DNA from: Camelus ferus
Taxonomy: Eukaryota
Direction of reading: 5' to 3'
DNA length: 64,000 bases
Assembly (NCBI RefSeq): GCF_009834535.1
Contig: NC_045707.1
Location: forward strand, 52,702,001-52,766,000
Below, in pieces: positions 11,341 through 24,775 of the stretch. The notes below the pieces were generated by a model. It did no database searches. It was not told where the DNA came from and was given only the letters and a program-made list of their open reading frames with translations. Within the stretch, counting starts at the first letter, position 1. Every line of letters begins with the position of its first letter. Made by a program: the position numbers and the translations under genes.

Positions 11341-13907
11341 AATACGCTTGGCCAGCGCAGCGTCAGTGTTTCACAAGTCACCGTAGGTGTTGTGGAGAGA
11401 CGTGGACTCACCCCTGAGTACGTCTGGGAAGCATGAGGTTAAGTGCACGGAAATGGGTGTGCTGGGGACAGTTTCTCAGGCCCGTGTGTCCACTGTGCGC
11501 CCCGACGGGCAGCTGTGAAGGGCTGCAGTGGGCACCCCAGGGCACCACTCGCCACCAGGCACACAACACCATGGGCACTGTGCCAGTCCACTCGGACAAA
11601 GGCAGCCCAGCGCCTTGTACTAAATTAGAGAATGCCTTTGGATCAGGTAGACGTGGACAAAAGCCGGGTCTCCAAACTCCCTTTACACAAGGAACGTCTT
11701 ATGGAGAGGTGTCTGGGGGCAGCACTTTGGGAAGGTGGCTGTGAGCACACGGGAGCCCTTCCTCCACAGTCTGATTGCTGCCATCATTTCCTCCTTTAGT
11801 GTGTTTTGTGGAAAGAGAAGAGAATGGGCAGAGTGTGTCCCAGGACTCGAGAGCAGCCGCAGGCAGAGGGGCTGGATTTCTGAGTTCTCTCCTGTCCGTT
11901 ATCTGTGGCCAGACTTTCCACTACCTACCATGTAAGCTGAGACGACCAGCGGCTTCAAGTGTGGGCAATACAGACAGACACTCGGGGCACGTGCTCCCCC
12001 CTCAGAGGGTCACAGTGCACCCTCCCTGTGCCGTAGGTCCTCCCATTCCCCGGATCTGACCCAGTGGCTCCGAGCTCGCCCTGTTAGGGGACCCTGCTAT
12101 GCTTACTCTAATAAGGCATTAGAAGCCATGCCTGTAATGCCATTTTGGAAATTCTATCATAATAACTTTTGCCTCCTTTCCAATTTACTTCCTCTATTCC
12201 CACTGTCCACAAAATAACACCCTTTCTACTACACAGTGGCACTTCAGGGCACTTTTTATACATAAGAAGACATGTCTGCTCCTTGCTGGAACAAAAAATG
12301 CATTAGAAGAGGACTGATGAATTAATCTCTTTCCAGAGCGATTTGAGACTTGCTCTGTCTGACACAGAGTCACGTTCATTTTTCTGTCCAGATCTTTTCA
12401 AATTCTACTGTTTTATGGTGAGGTGCCTGGGATACATCAGAGTAAGTTGCTGAATAAACTTTATTTATAAATGTAATAGGCATTTACAATTACTGTAGGG
12501 AAAACATGTCTCCTCAGAAATAATACTGTGTTAGAACACGGGGGGGAAACCTGTTGACTTCGCAGCTAAGGCTTGTGGGGCAGAGGAATCACCAATATTT
12601 CATAAAGTACTTCTCATACTCGAGACTCCAGATATTTATAAGTATTAGCGAGTCTTCGCCGTGTCTGTCCTGGGTGAGTGGCAAGCACGATGTAATAAGC
12701 CACTTCACAATTTGGAAAACTGAGCAGCTGAAAGCTTATTCTCTGACTCTTACTTGTTGAGAAAAGTTGGTTGCGGAGATGAGCACCGAGCAGAGAGGGA
12801 GAGCTGAAGGAGGTTCAAAATTTTTTTTAAATAAAATCCAATTTGGCATGTTTCTAGTCCCACATTAAGGCTGCTCCATTTCTGGAAGGTTTCTGTTCTT
12901 GCCAGTAAACTACAGAGTCCTCCTAGGAGAGTTTCCTGGGTTCTTTTGGTGTTGGGTCTGAACCAGGTTGAACTTAGCCCGTGTTTTCCTCTGCAGAACA
13001 TAATCAAGGGCGAGCCCTTGTTAATGTTTTAAAGTCTCTTCACTCATGTAACCTTAAAACGCTCATCCAAACGATGGCGGTCCCTTAGGGTATCTGTGTC
13101 AGTTTAGCAGGTCTGGCTGGGTTCCTCTTATCTGTGCACACAGACCTGAGACCGTCCACTTGGTGCTGCTAACCCAGGCTGCCTTGCCTACGGATGCGCA
13201 GACTGGCTTCTCTCCAAAAGTTACTGCAGCAAAAATCTGGCTGAGAGGAGGCATGTGGGTAAGAGAAAGCAGGGCTGGGGTGTTCCTGGCAGGGCCATAG
13301 GGTGATGCGGAAGAACGGACCTGCGGTGAAGTGCAGTTTTCTGGACCAGGCTCTCCCGCTGCCCCCCCCCCCACCTTGACTGGATGATGTGGTCCTGGGA
13401 TGCGGGCTCCCACTCACTTCCCTGCACTTCACTCCTGCTGCTGCCCACGCTGCTGAGAGGAAGAGCTCCCAGGCGCACACGCTCACTCTCCAGGAACAGG
13501 ACCCGCCGGCGCGCCTCCTTCCTTAGCAGATGCTAAACTGGGACACAGCAGAAGGCTTGATGGGGGCAGCGTGCGTCTCTGGTTCAGATTTAAGTCACGT
13601 CCCTGGGCGGCGCATGGTCTCACCCTGCCTCCGCGCCCGCCCACGCTCTACAGAATGGACAGTCCCTGCCGCAGGCACAGGGACCTCAAACGTTACAGTG
13701 GCTTTGAATGACTGAAAATATATTCCCTAAAACGCAAGCACAGGGAGTGTGTGCAAGGCAGTGTGTCTTTGAAGAGCTTGTGGGAGGCTGGGAGGGAGTG
13801 TCAGGGACTCATTTGGAAGATGACAGAGACTGTCTTACTGACTTATGTAACCACGGTCTGCTGTCTCAAAATTAGCAAGGGGAAAAAGGGGGCAAACTGA
13901 ATCAAAA

Positions 13908-13987
13908 TATTGAGTTGAACCATCAGAAATTACCATTTCTGCACCTAAAAAACAGTCATATTGGCTACGTCATACAGCTCAACCCAT
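13908..13987. mobile_element. MADE2-like mariner MITE
   Basis: About 80 bp with inverted ends gagttgaaccat...cagctcaacc; internal sequence resembles the remembered MADE2 consensus. Confidence 0.65.
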
Positions 13988-16390
13988 TGTAAGAGTTACA
14001 TGTTACAGACCCTGGTGGTGGAGGTGACAGCCCCTCCTGGTGCCTCAATCAGACAAGCCCAGGGCTGTGACGTGGTGACAAATGATGGGAAAAAAGCGCC
14101 TCTGGCTCGCTCAGCATGTGTTTTGTTTTGGCACCGGCGGAGAACAGATGACTCACGTGCACCCCAGAGATGCGGTTGTCAGGGCGTACTCTTTGTAAAG
14201 GCTGTGTGACGCTGTGAGAATCGCAGCTGCCTGCAGACTAACACTTTGCCTTCAATTTTTAATGAAGAAGAGGATTTTGCATTGGAATCCGTGCCGATTT
14301 GGGAAGTGTGGAGGCTCCCATGTAAGCGTTTTACCCTCAAGGTCCCCGGGTTGGGGAGGTGGCACTTCCGCTCGGGTCTCTAAAGACAGACCTTCTCATC
14401 CGCGTCCCCACACGCGTCCGTGAGCTTCAGCTGCTTCGTTCTCTCCGGGCCCCCCTCGCCTGCAGCCTGCCCACAATTCCCTGCTGTTCTGACGGCTTTT
14501 GCTTTGCTTTGCTTTGCTTTGTTTTTAAGCAGAAAGCAGCCTCAATGTCCACAAAGTTAGCTTTTATTCCAGTCTATTCTTACATGTAATGAGCTATAAG
14601 TCAAAATAAGTTTTCTTTCTTTTTTTTTTCCCATGAACTGGTTATTGACTTTAAAAATCTTGAAAAATATTTCCTAATTAAGCATCAGCGTGGACCAGAC
14701 AATGAGCATTTTGAAGAGTCTCTTTGGCATTTCTTTCATCTTTTGCATGAAGGGGAACGGTGGCCACCATCAGCCTGGTTGCAAAGGTCATGGTGCCAAC
14801 TCGGGGACAAGGCCAGCCGCTGTCGGGTGAAGCGCTTCCTTGCCATCAGCCCGTTTTCTCTCAGGTGAACGGGAGTGATAAGTAACTGCACTGCGGCGCA
14901 GTTGAGGTCTTGATTGACAGACTCCAATTATCAGCGCTCCGTAAGTGCTACCTGCCATTATCACTATTAGGATCACCGCTGCTCTCATTAATCCTGATCC
15001 CCAGAGGGCTCGCCCGTAAAGTCCACTTCACCTACCGCTCTGTGATCATCTCTCGGTGGACTTCTGTTCTCAGAAGAGAGCTTTTCAGAGGGAGATGGCT
15101 GGAGATTTTACTATGATTTATTGACGCTAATGTTTCTTAAGTGGGTAGCAGCAAACACAGGACTGAATGAAATAGCTCACTTTCTCCAGAGCCCTTCAAC
15201 CGACACTTTAAAACTAGGGGATGTTCAACGCCATCTACCTCTTCTTCAAGCAGTACCTAACTGTTGATTGGGGCCCCTGGTATTTTTAATTTTTAATGAT
15301 AAAGGATTCTGCTAAGGATGTGAATTTGTTACCTTGCAGCATTTTGCTCAGTACGGCTTCCTTGCTGGACCCACAGTGACAAAACCCTCGTGTTAAGAGT
15401 AGACATGGAACCAGAGAGAAATGACTTTCTTTCGTGGGCTCTCTCCTTGGGTGGCAAGAGCACCAGTCACTTTTGAAAAAGCCAGTAATGCCTCTTAGGG
15501 TCTAGGCGAGGGCAGAGGGAAGCCAGCTGCCATATCTGAGCAACCCCTGGAGTTACAGGTGGAATCAGACAACTGCCCCGCAGGACCCGGTGGCCGTGCC
15601 CACATCCTCCATCAGCATCCAGGGTGACTGGACACTGCTGGCCTGAACTCTGAAGCAGAATAACATGGAATCTTGAATTCATCACTTTTTTTTTTTTTAA
15701 ATAGATATTCCAGGGACAGTGTGATGGCTGGTCAGTCCCACTCCTTACCTGGCCGTTTTTTGCCCTGTCGTCCAGGCTTGATGCTCTAGGAGCGAGCTTC
15801 GCCTTTTTGGTGTTATTTTGCAGCCCAACGCCTGTGCCCTCCCGTGTCTCTGCGCACCTGTGGATCTGCTTGACCCGCTCAGCACCGGGGGTCTCAGTGA
15901 CAAGGTGGAGGCCAGAGGTCTAACAGGTCAGTGGCTTTTACCAAAGGAAGTCGTGTCTCGTCTGCTTCCTGGAGCTTGAATCATTTTAGCAGACTCCTCT
16001 CGGTGATTTTCTCCGCTCAGCATGAGGCATCACATCTTTCAGGCTTATTTCTGTTACATATTTTCTATTTTATGCTTATCACCCATTGCTTCTCGAGAAG
16101 GTGACTCTTCAACTCTCTCCGTGGAGAGGAGCGTGGTCCCAATCTTAGAAACCCTGGGAGTAAAGCCTATCTGAGTAACCTTTAAAGAGACAGAAACCAT
16201 TTCTCCTCCAGCCTGTGTCCTGAGAGCTTTAAATGCTCCTCCTCTTTCCTCTCAAGTTCAGAGCATCTCTTGCACATTTTAAATATGTTAATTCATTCAC
16301 CAAATATTTATTGAGCAACCACAAAAAAATTTAAGTCCTTGAATTCAGTTTCGACCTTTTCCTTTTTCTGCCTAAATCTCATATGTTAAT

Positions 16391-16564
16391 TGGGTTGTCA
16401 GAGTTAGCAAATAAAATACCAGCATATCCAGATACATATGATTTTCAAATGAACAACAGTTGAAAGTATGAGTGTGTCCCATGCAATATTTGTGACATAT
16501 TGATACGAAACAAATATCTAAAATTCAAATTTAACTAGACATTCTGTATTTTATATGACAACCT
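16391..16564. mobile_element. MER53 palindromic hAT-type MITE
   Basis: Inverted ends gggttgtca...tgacaacct, with internal ttagcaaataaaatac, tgtcccatgcaatattt and aaaattcaaatttaactagacattctgtattttat. Confidence 0.85.
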
Positions 16565-19500
16565 GTACTTTGTCTGATCAGCTTAATACCCAATGCTAAA
16601 TGCTAATGTTTTTCCAGACGAAACCCTAATCTAATTTTCAATCAGAGAATAATTTTCATTTGAACCCTTTTCACCTCCCCACTGACCCAGATTTAAAATT
16701 GTTTCCTCTCTGGTCCTGCAATGATGTCTCACTGAAATTCAAATGTAATGGATATATTTTCATACAAATTGTCCTGAGAATGTGAATCAACATAGAAAAA
16801 CAAACTCATCGTGTTCATTTAAAATGTGTTCAGGTTTTGAATACCTGCCTTCAAGTCCTGTTTGCTTCTAACTTGACCTTTCTCTAGCCGTGGGTGGTAA
16901 TAGCAAAATACAGAAGAATGAAAAATGAGCAGAGAAGAATGTGTAGTTGGAAGTGAGGCAGATCCGTATGGTACCCTCGTCCATCCATCACTAATGTTCC
17001 AGGAGGCTGGCTGGAGGCCTGATTGAGGTGCACCGAGGTTCAAGGTGAGTCATGAGCATCAGTGGAAAAAGGCAATGAGCAGATGAGCTGATTTAAGCAC
17101 TTCAGGAATACTAAATTAGCTAATACGATAAACTGCAAAAGATGGTGGTAAGTTTTTCCTCTCTGATTTATAAAACCTAATAGGGGAGGCATGGAAGTAG
17201 CTTCTCAGTCAAGGACACTTGTGGTCATTTGCTGCAGTATCTTCCTATAGTTTGTGATAAATTTAGTGCACATTTAACCGAAAGGAACCGCACTGTCAAG
17301 GAAATCACCTTCAAAATGCTCGGGATATCTGGGAATGATGGAACAAAAATGATGGTTGTTTTTACTTTGAGTGGACGAAAATGCCATCCTGGGAACAAGC
17401 GTTCTCCCGACACGCGCACTCTGCTCAGAGGCGCACACAGAGCGTGCCCAGGGCCAGCTGGCACAAAGCACGGGGCCGGGCCAGGAGCCCTCATCCCCAA
17501 GTTCCTCTTGGCGTTCCGGAACCTCATTTATGGCCGATTTCTCTAATCTATTAGAATATTGTATAAAATGAACAGCGTGGGCCTGCAAAGTGTTTGTAAT
17601 GGTCAAGAAAGACAATATTCTCATTAGCAAGAGGCTGTGAAAATACAGGAAAATAACTATGAGTGAGGCAGGTGGGTTGCCTACCACATAATTAAGTAAG
17701 ACCTCATTATTGTATTTGTCTCCCTGAAAAAAACACTTTTTTTAAGTTCATTATTTCTGGTACTCACTATGGCCTCTTAGTTAAGCAGAGAGAGATGCTC
17801 GGTAGGAGGGATCTGTCTAAATGTTTCCTTCAAACTCCACGCACAGCCGAGTAGCTCTCAGAAGGCTGCTCCCATAAATCAATCCCTGAAAACGGACAAG
17901 ATGGTCCTAAACCTTGGCCCCAATATCTTTTAAAGGGTGAGTCAGTGTAGAAGACACTGTCAGAAAAATTGCTTCTTTCCAAGTCACAGGCAAGCGATTA
18001 TCTTACTAAGCACATTATTAAAATAATAGTTTTATGCAATATACTTCATAACTTTGTGGAAATTGGTTCATTAAAAAGCAGCTCTCTTGCTCCAGACTGA
18101 GGATTCGAGCCTCTGACGAAGGGCGTAGCTGTGTCACTGCTCCTGAGGCAACAGCAGGGGGCTGGTGCACAGCAGAGTCTACCTCAGACAAAAAGTGTGC
18201 CCCATGCTCATCTGCCTCCCCCCACCCCGTTACTGTGTAGCGCCACACCCCTCTCATCTCAAGATGGGGTCTTCTCAAGGGGACCAGGTTGTGTGACCTG
18301 ATTTGAATATCAGTCTCAATACTTAACAGTTTTTCCTACTGAAAATGTCTCAGATCTGAGATAAATATTGTACATCTTCAAGGGCCAAACTCAATTCAGT
18401 CCAGAAATTGCTTGCCCACTGGAGGGCTCTCAGTAGCATGTTCTATCTGAATTCATGACCATCAGAGCAGAGGGGCCAGGAGGGAGGTTTGAAGGGAAGC
18501 TCAGCCTCTGCCCATCCTGCTTAAGGCTGGGCTCCTCGGTCTGCAAGCCACACACGTAACAGGTAAATTTCACCCAGGAAGCAAAAGTACTGTCGATCCA
18601 GTGGCTCCCACATGGTTCTGATGAGGTTCTGATCTCACACTTCCAGCTCCCTTATCTGACACAACATAGTCGATTCTAAACCTTTTCCTCGTCGTGTATT
18701 GGACGGAGTATAAAGCAGCTGGGTCCACTGTTAGGATTCACCATAATAAAGCAGGCGATAATGTCTCCTAAGTGATGTGCTCAGAAAATGCAGTGTTCCT
18801 AATTACAGCAAGAAATTTTCTAAACTAAATGACATCACATTGGAAAGCATGTTAGAATTCATGCTCCTCCTCACAGTCATCAAGGCTCTGCTGTCACGTG
18901 GATGCAAATACATTTGGATGATGACTCTGCTGGCCCGACGCTGCCTGGCATTTGCGTGAGATGCGATCATTGTATTTACTTCTCCATGCGATGAAAGCCA
19001 TTAATGGCAGAATCCAGCCATTAAAACGGGAATTTTGAAGCGATGCTTTGTTGCTGTTTTCCCTCCGACTTTGCACCTGCAGAGCAGCCTTGCTGGCCCT
19101 CCCCCTGGCGGGAGTTACCAGAAGAAAGTTCCAGCTTCAGTCTGATAATGTGTTTCTCGATATTAAAATGTCTAGTTCAGACGCTTGCCATGAAATTCCC
19201 ATCCCTCCCTGGGAAGATGGCCTTAATCTGGTTAGTATATCATTAACTCCTGCTCATGGTAACAGATACCATTTGGTGACAAAACGGAGCTCTCGCATCA
19301 AATACTTGGCAGGAGGGAGTCAAAGGAGAAGTGTAAGAGACATCAAGTGCGCGGTTTAGTTTTTTATGTAGCCTTGGTAACACAGTTTCGGGGGCATGTG
19401 GAGAAAATTTGTAACTTTATTTTTTTGCACAATGAGACCTTGAAATTTTATTACCCAAGATGGATAACAGTAGAAATGACTTCTAATGAATCATCACCTG

Positions 19501-22324
19501 ATAGAAATTAGATTTATTGAAATCCTGAATTCATTGTGCATCACATACATATTCTGGTGAGTGCACACAAAATCACCCAGCTTAATAATATTTTATGGTG
19601 CTTAATTAGTTCATGAACACATCCATGCATTCAACAAATACTTACTGATAGATTATTTTGAGCAACTAATGGCAGATGTGAGGTGAGGAAGGCATTCCTT
19701 GTCTTCAAGAATTTACAATCTAGCTGGATGACTGGCATATAAACCCTAAATCACAATTTTTTGGTACAGTGATATCGCAGTGGGTGATGCAACGGATGTA
19801 TTATGAGACATACACGGTACAGCATTCCTTTGCTGAACAACATGTATTCAGTACATGTTTATCATTAAACTGATTAGCCAATAATTATTTTAGAAATATA
19901 ATAAAGCTGTGATTAAGTATTTGCCTTACAAAATAAAGTACTTTCCTTTATTGTTTCCCAAGCTTTATTTTTCCAAAAGACATCAGACATAGTCTGGCAG
20001 ATTCTTTTACCTGTGATTGAAAACACACTCTTCCTCTGTGTTTAGATACAAGGAAAAATAAAAACGAAAGAAGAATGGCTGCAGCACACCTGTGTTGGCA
20101 ACTGTCAAGCCCTCCGTCCTGACATTAGTTGGATCATCTGCTGAACGGAGGCTCTGATGGAAAACGCAACGACAGGAGATGCCTGGGGAGGGCAGATGCC
20201 TCCCTGCCTGTCAACAGTTATGACAGTGACACCTGAGGAAGCACCTTTTATTCCACACAAACAGATGGCTTCAAACACATGCCACATACTGTCAGATCTC
20301 TTATGCTCACCTCTGAGCATTTAGGCCAGCTTGAAAAATCAAAAATTAAAATCCACACACAAAGAGCACTTCCTGGGGCTGAGTCACTAAGCTGAAAGCA
20401 ATTATCACCCGATTTTAGGTGTCTGCCTGCTGTTTTCTTAGAATGACCTGCTCTCTGAAAGGAATGTTCAGGTGAGGAAGAGCCAAACCTTTTAAAAAAT
20501 ACTCCTCTTTTGGTTTTCCACTGGTTACAAAAGAGACAAAAAAGAACAACAAAAGATAAATAAGACAAGTTAAAAAGCCACTTTCATTGGGCGTATCCAT
20601 CCTCTCACTGTGAGAGGAAATGAGTGTCCAGGGAAATTTCTATTCAGGTTCACACCATCATATTAGGGAAAAACAACTGAAAACTTGCATCCAAGTATTC
20701 GTGTGAAATGATATAAATCTAGGATTGAGGGATATGAGTGGTCAGACAATTTTTTAAAATATTGTCCCCATTTTCAGAGGAATCAGATTCAACATGTGTT
20801 ATGAGTTTCGCTCGTCTCATTTGGAATTTCAGTCAATTCCATTGTGAAAGGTCAAATTGCACTCAGCCAAGCAAACACCTAACTAAACGCGGTTGAGTAA
20901 GGGAATCATCCATATTTCTTAAAGGACCATCCATAAACGGGTCCAATTAGCTATATTCTTCTGTTTTGAATTATAAACAGAGAAGTTGAAATTCTACTCT
21001 TTCTGGGAAGAAAGCCTCCAAATTGCAACTGGGAGGAGAGGGAAGCCTGTGTTCCAGCTACAGCATACGAAATGGGGTCTCTGACTCACTGAGATGAGAG
21101 GTGAGGGGGAGGGAGCAATCCTGGTTCCAAGACCACAGACTCTTGCCTTTCTTAACACATTTCCTTTTTAGGTACTTTTGAATTCATTTTCTGTTTGTAT
21201 TTAGGACCAGTTCCAGAGTCTTTAAATGATTTTTTAAATAAGTAATTTTCATCAATTTTACTGGGGGGTAAGGCAGCAAAGCACATCCCACTGTCAGGCT
21301 GGAATTTGATCCCTGGTCTGATTTATTTTTAAAGAGATTTATTCAATCACAAGATCCAAATCTCTACAATAAACATCTCATTTCTCTCACCTTTCCACCA
21401 AACACTCCTTAACATTTTCCCTTAAACACTCATTTTTCAACTGAATTTAAGAACAGTTTGTTGAAAAGGGTAAACAGATTATAGTGTGATAAACTATTCT
21501 TGGTTAGTAACTGATAAATAGCTGTCTACTTATGTTCTTGGTGGGATATTAAAATCTAATTAAATTTAATTAGAAATTAATTTTAAGTTTTAATTAAAAT
21601 CAGAATATGGGTCCAAATAAATGAGATATTAACTAAATGTGTGTCCCTGGGGGAATCTGCTACAAACTTTCTTGATCTCAGTTCCTTTAACTCTAAAATA
21701 ATGATGTTAAAAATCTGTGACACTTTCTCCGTAGCTTTAATTTCTACATTGTGAGTGTACTTTGTAGTAGTTTTTATTTCCAATAAAAATTATTTCTAAA
21801 TCCTGGGGAAAAAATGTTAAAGTTCTGAGGTCTGAAAGGCTCTGGAGAGTGGAATCACACAGGATGTTAGCATAAGAAGCCGAAAAGTGATGAGAATAAA
21901 TGTAAGAGGAGGAGCTGTTGAAAGCCCACAGAGCAGGACGCGCTGGCCTTGCAGTCTGGTATGTATTTCTTAGTCTAGAAGGAGAATTTGGCTGCCAAGA
22001 CTGAAAACAATCATTTTGTCATCAGTTCTGTGAGCCTGGAGCAAACGAAATCATCAAAGGTGCTCAGCATTTTATCAGTGAGGCGACTTCACACATTCCT
22101 CAGTGCTCGTAAGCATGGAAGGGCGTTTTTCTAAATCTCAGGATCTCATTTTAAGCACTGATCGTTGAATCTCTCAAGGGCCACACAAAATGAAGTATAG
22201 TTAAGACCAAGTTAATGCTGGTACTTAATGTCAGTGAGAAATTAATTGTCCACAGTCTTCGTCATAGATCAAAATAGAAGTGGCTTTCAGATAAATATGA
22301 GCTCCTTATAAGAACTTGTTTAAG

Positions 22325-22375
22325 TTGACACAACATTGTAAAATGATTTAAATCAATAAAAAATGTTTAAAAAAA
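22325..22375 (+). mobile_element. Extremely 5'-truncated camelid-type L1 (about 50 bp) with 12-bp TSD
   Basis: ttgacacaacattgtaaaatgatttaaatcaataaaaaatgtttaaaa matches the L1 ends near 43400 and (antisense) near 51900. It is flanked by aacttgtttaag at 22313-22324 and 22376-22387. Confidence 0.9.
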
Positions 22376-23418
22376 AACTTGTTTAAGAATGAGATTTTAA
22401 ATCTCTCATCACGGAAGAATAAAAGTCTACATCTATATATGTTAATCATAAGAAGAAACTAAGTTATGTCTACACAAGAAGTTAGAGTAATCACATTGAA
22501 AATACGGGCTCTAAATGCAAGTTCCCCCATCTCCCTAGTTACTTGGGAAAATTTGAAAAGAAAATGCACATCTGTTTTTATAGAATTATTCCGATAAGCT
22601 TACAGCCAGTTGTCCTAGTACGGAGCAGCATCTGATTCTGCACATAATAAAATGAGTAATGTTACCAGGTAGACTAACCATGACAATAAGTATATTTCCT
22701 TATGGTCAGTTACATAGACATATAAAATTTTAAGATTCAACATTTTACTCCAACCATTCTCCCACATCTGAAAAAAAATACATTTTTTTTTTGGATGAGA
22801 AACAAAAGGAGACATTTAGTGGTAACATTTGTCAAGCTAATTATTTCTTAATCAAAAATCTTGTCCTGTGTATGTTTTTCAGTATGTGATTTGAATCTTC
22901 ACCAGGAAAAAAATGATAGTAATTGTAAGAGTGTTTCAGTGGCTGAAGGAAAACTCCAGTGATTATTCAGCAATACAGCACTTCGGGTAGCTCCGAGATG
23001 CTTTTACCTTGAATGCGCAAAGGAGAAGTTCAGAAATATCCGTTCCTATTTTAGTGGAAGTGTTAGATCTCTCATAACAATCATTTGTACTCCTGCAGCC
23101 CTTTCCTCCAAGGAGTATGGAGAGACCCAGGGGACCCCATTAACCCTGAGGAGTATTTTTTCTCAGACCACATTCTCGAGGCCCCCTTGGGTCATCAGCA
23201 AACGCAGGCACAGAACGTTAAGTGATCCATGCAAAGTCCACAGTAAGTCAGAAAAGACCACAACTGGAAGGCTCTGGATCCCAAAGCAATTTCTCTTAAA
23301 GGCAAACAGTTTATCACTCCTTTCCCACAACAATAAGATTGCTTTCTATGTATTTAAGAAAGGAATGAACTCATTTTAAAATGCAAAGCATATTTCTTTA
23401 AAGTCTAACAGTAGCTAT

Positions 23419-23580
23419 TGTGATGGTTAATTACAAGTGTCAGCTTGGCCATGGTACCCAGATATTCGGCTAGGCACCAGTCTAGAAGTTCCTATGAAGG
23501 TGTTGTCTAGATTTTGAATTTGCTAATCCCCACAACTGAATGAATCTCTCTCTCTCTCTGCACATATAAATTGTATGTGT
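23419..23580 (+). mobile_element. MLT2 (ERVL) LTR fragment, internally deleted
   Basis: tgtgatggttaattacaagtgtcagcttgg...ggtacccagatattcggctaggcaccagtctaga, followed by a (TC)n tract. Confidence 0.7.
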
Positions 23581-23983
23581 ATACAAAACAGTCACCATTC
23601 CCACAACTGGAATAGAAATATCTAAGAATGATGGAGAATTGTTTCAAATCTGTTAAGACAGCTGCCGTCTCAGCTTCTGAGAATGCCATCTTGGTTTCCC
23701 ACTTGTGTGAAACCCTTGTTTTTTACTTTCTCTTAAATGGAAACAAGTGGCTAAAGTCTGAAAAAGCAAGATTATTGAAGGTTAAAGGAAACCAAAAGAA
23801 AAGGCAGCCAACTGACTAAGATTGGGAAGGGCAAAAAAAGAAATCAAGAAATAATGCTTCTGATAAAGGAAATGAGAGAATGTTACAAAAAGAATGATTG
23901 TGGTTTATAGACACCTATTTGTATAAAGTAGGCTATTTCCACCTAAGTGGAGAGAGAGAGTTAAAAGCAGGAGCTGGTTGCAG

Positions 23984-24775
23984 CCAGTTGTGTGCTGGTA
24001 AACCTCTGGGGGGAGGGAACCTCCGATTTGTAGCATTTGTCAATGTCTGTAGTACAGATGTTAGAACAAGCAGATAACTAGATATGAGCAGAGACAGGGG
24101 GGCATTGGCCGAGTGGCAGGAGACCACACATCTTGTGAGCTAAAAACAATGAGGGTCCTCGGGCAGACGAAGAAAAACAGGAACTTCTGGACTGACAGGA
24201 AACCACACATTTCGTGGTGGCAACTGTCCGAGAGGCAAGTAAAGGTGAGAAAAGGTGGGAATCTCCAGTGTCCAAATGTAACCTTTCGCTCATTATGCGC
24301 TCATTACAATATAATTAGCCTTGCAGATGAGAAATACCCATCACGTACTGAGGCCATGACACTTCTGATCAAGGCTAAATAAGGACAAAAATCCCTCCTC
24401 CCCTCAGGAAGGTGGAGCTGGGATGGAAATCAGGAAATACAACTCAAAACCTCTCCCCCCCAGCGAATATTTCACCCATTCATTTTCACACCCCGTGTAA
24501 CCAGCTTGCCAAAGAAACTCAGGGCAGCTGCACACTTGAGTCCGCCCGCTCTCCTCCTGAGAGCGCACTGTCGCTTCATAAACCCTTGCTTTGCCTTCGT
24601 GATCTTTGTGTCTGATCTCTGAATTCTTCCCGCAAGGAGACAAGAACCGACTCTCCATAACATAAGTGCTTCCACCACAGCCTGTCTCGAGCTGCTAACT
24701 CAAGTCTCTGTGCACAGAGCTGCATGGGGAGCGCACAGACAATTGCAGTCACGAGTCAGTTTCAGAACCCCACTG
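23984..24775. mobile_element. MER63-like hAT element split by an LTR insertion
   Basis: The left half ccagttgtgtgctggtaaa...gatttgtagcatttgtcaat (to 24058) continues as tgcttccaccacagcc...cagaaccccactg after 24662. Confidence 0.65.
24059..24662 (+). mobile_element. ERV1-class solo LTR
   Basis: Termini TGTTA...TAACA. The start tgttagaacaagcagataactagatatgagcag is MER50-like. The 3' part has cataaa (polyA-like) and a U5-like tctctgaattcttcccgcaaggagacaagaacc. No clean TSD. Confidence 0.8.

Noticed and set aside
18149..18165. Isolated CTCF-like sites (ACAGCAGGGGGCT here; also ~39605 and ~35099)
   Set aside because: Each has mismatches at informative positions, and such matches are expected by chance in 64 kb.
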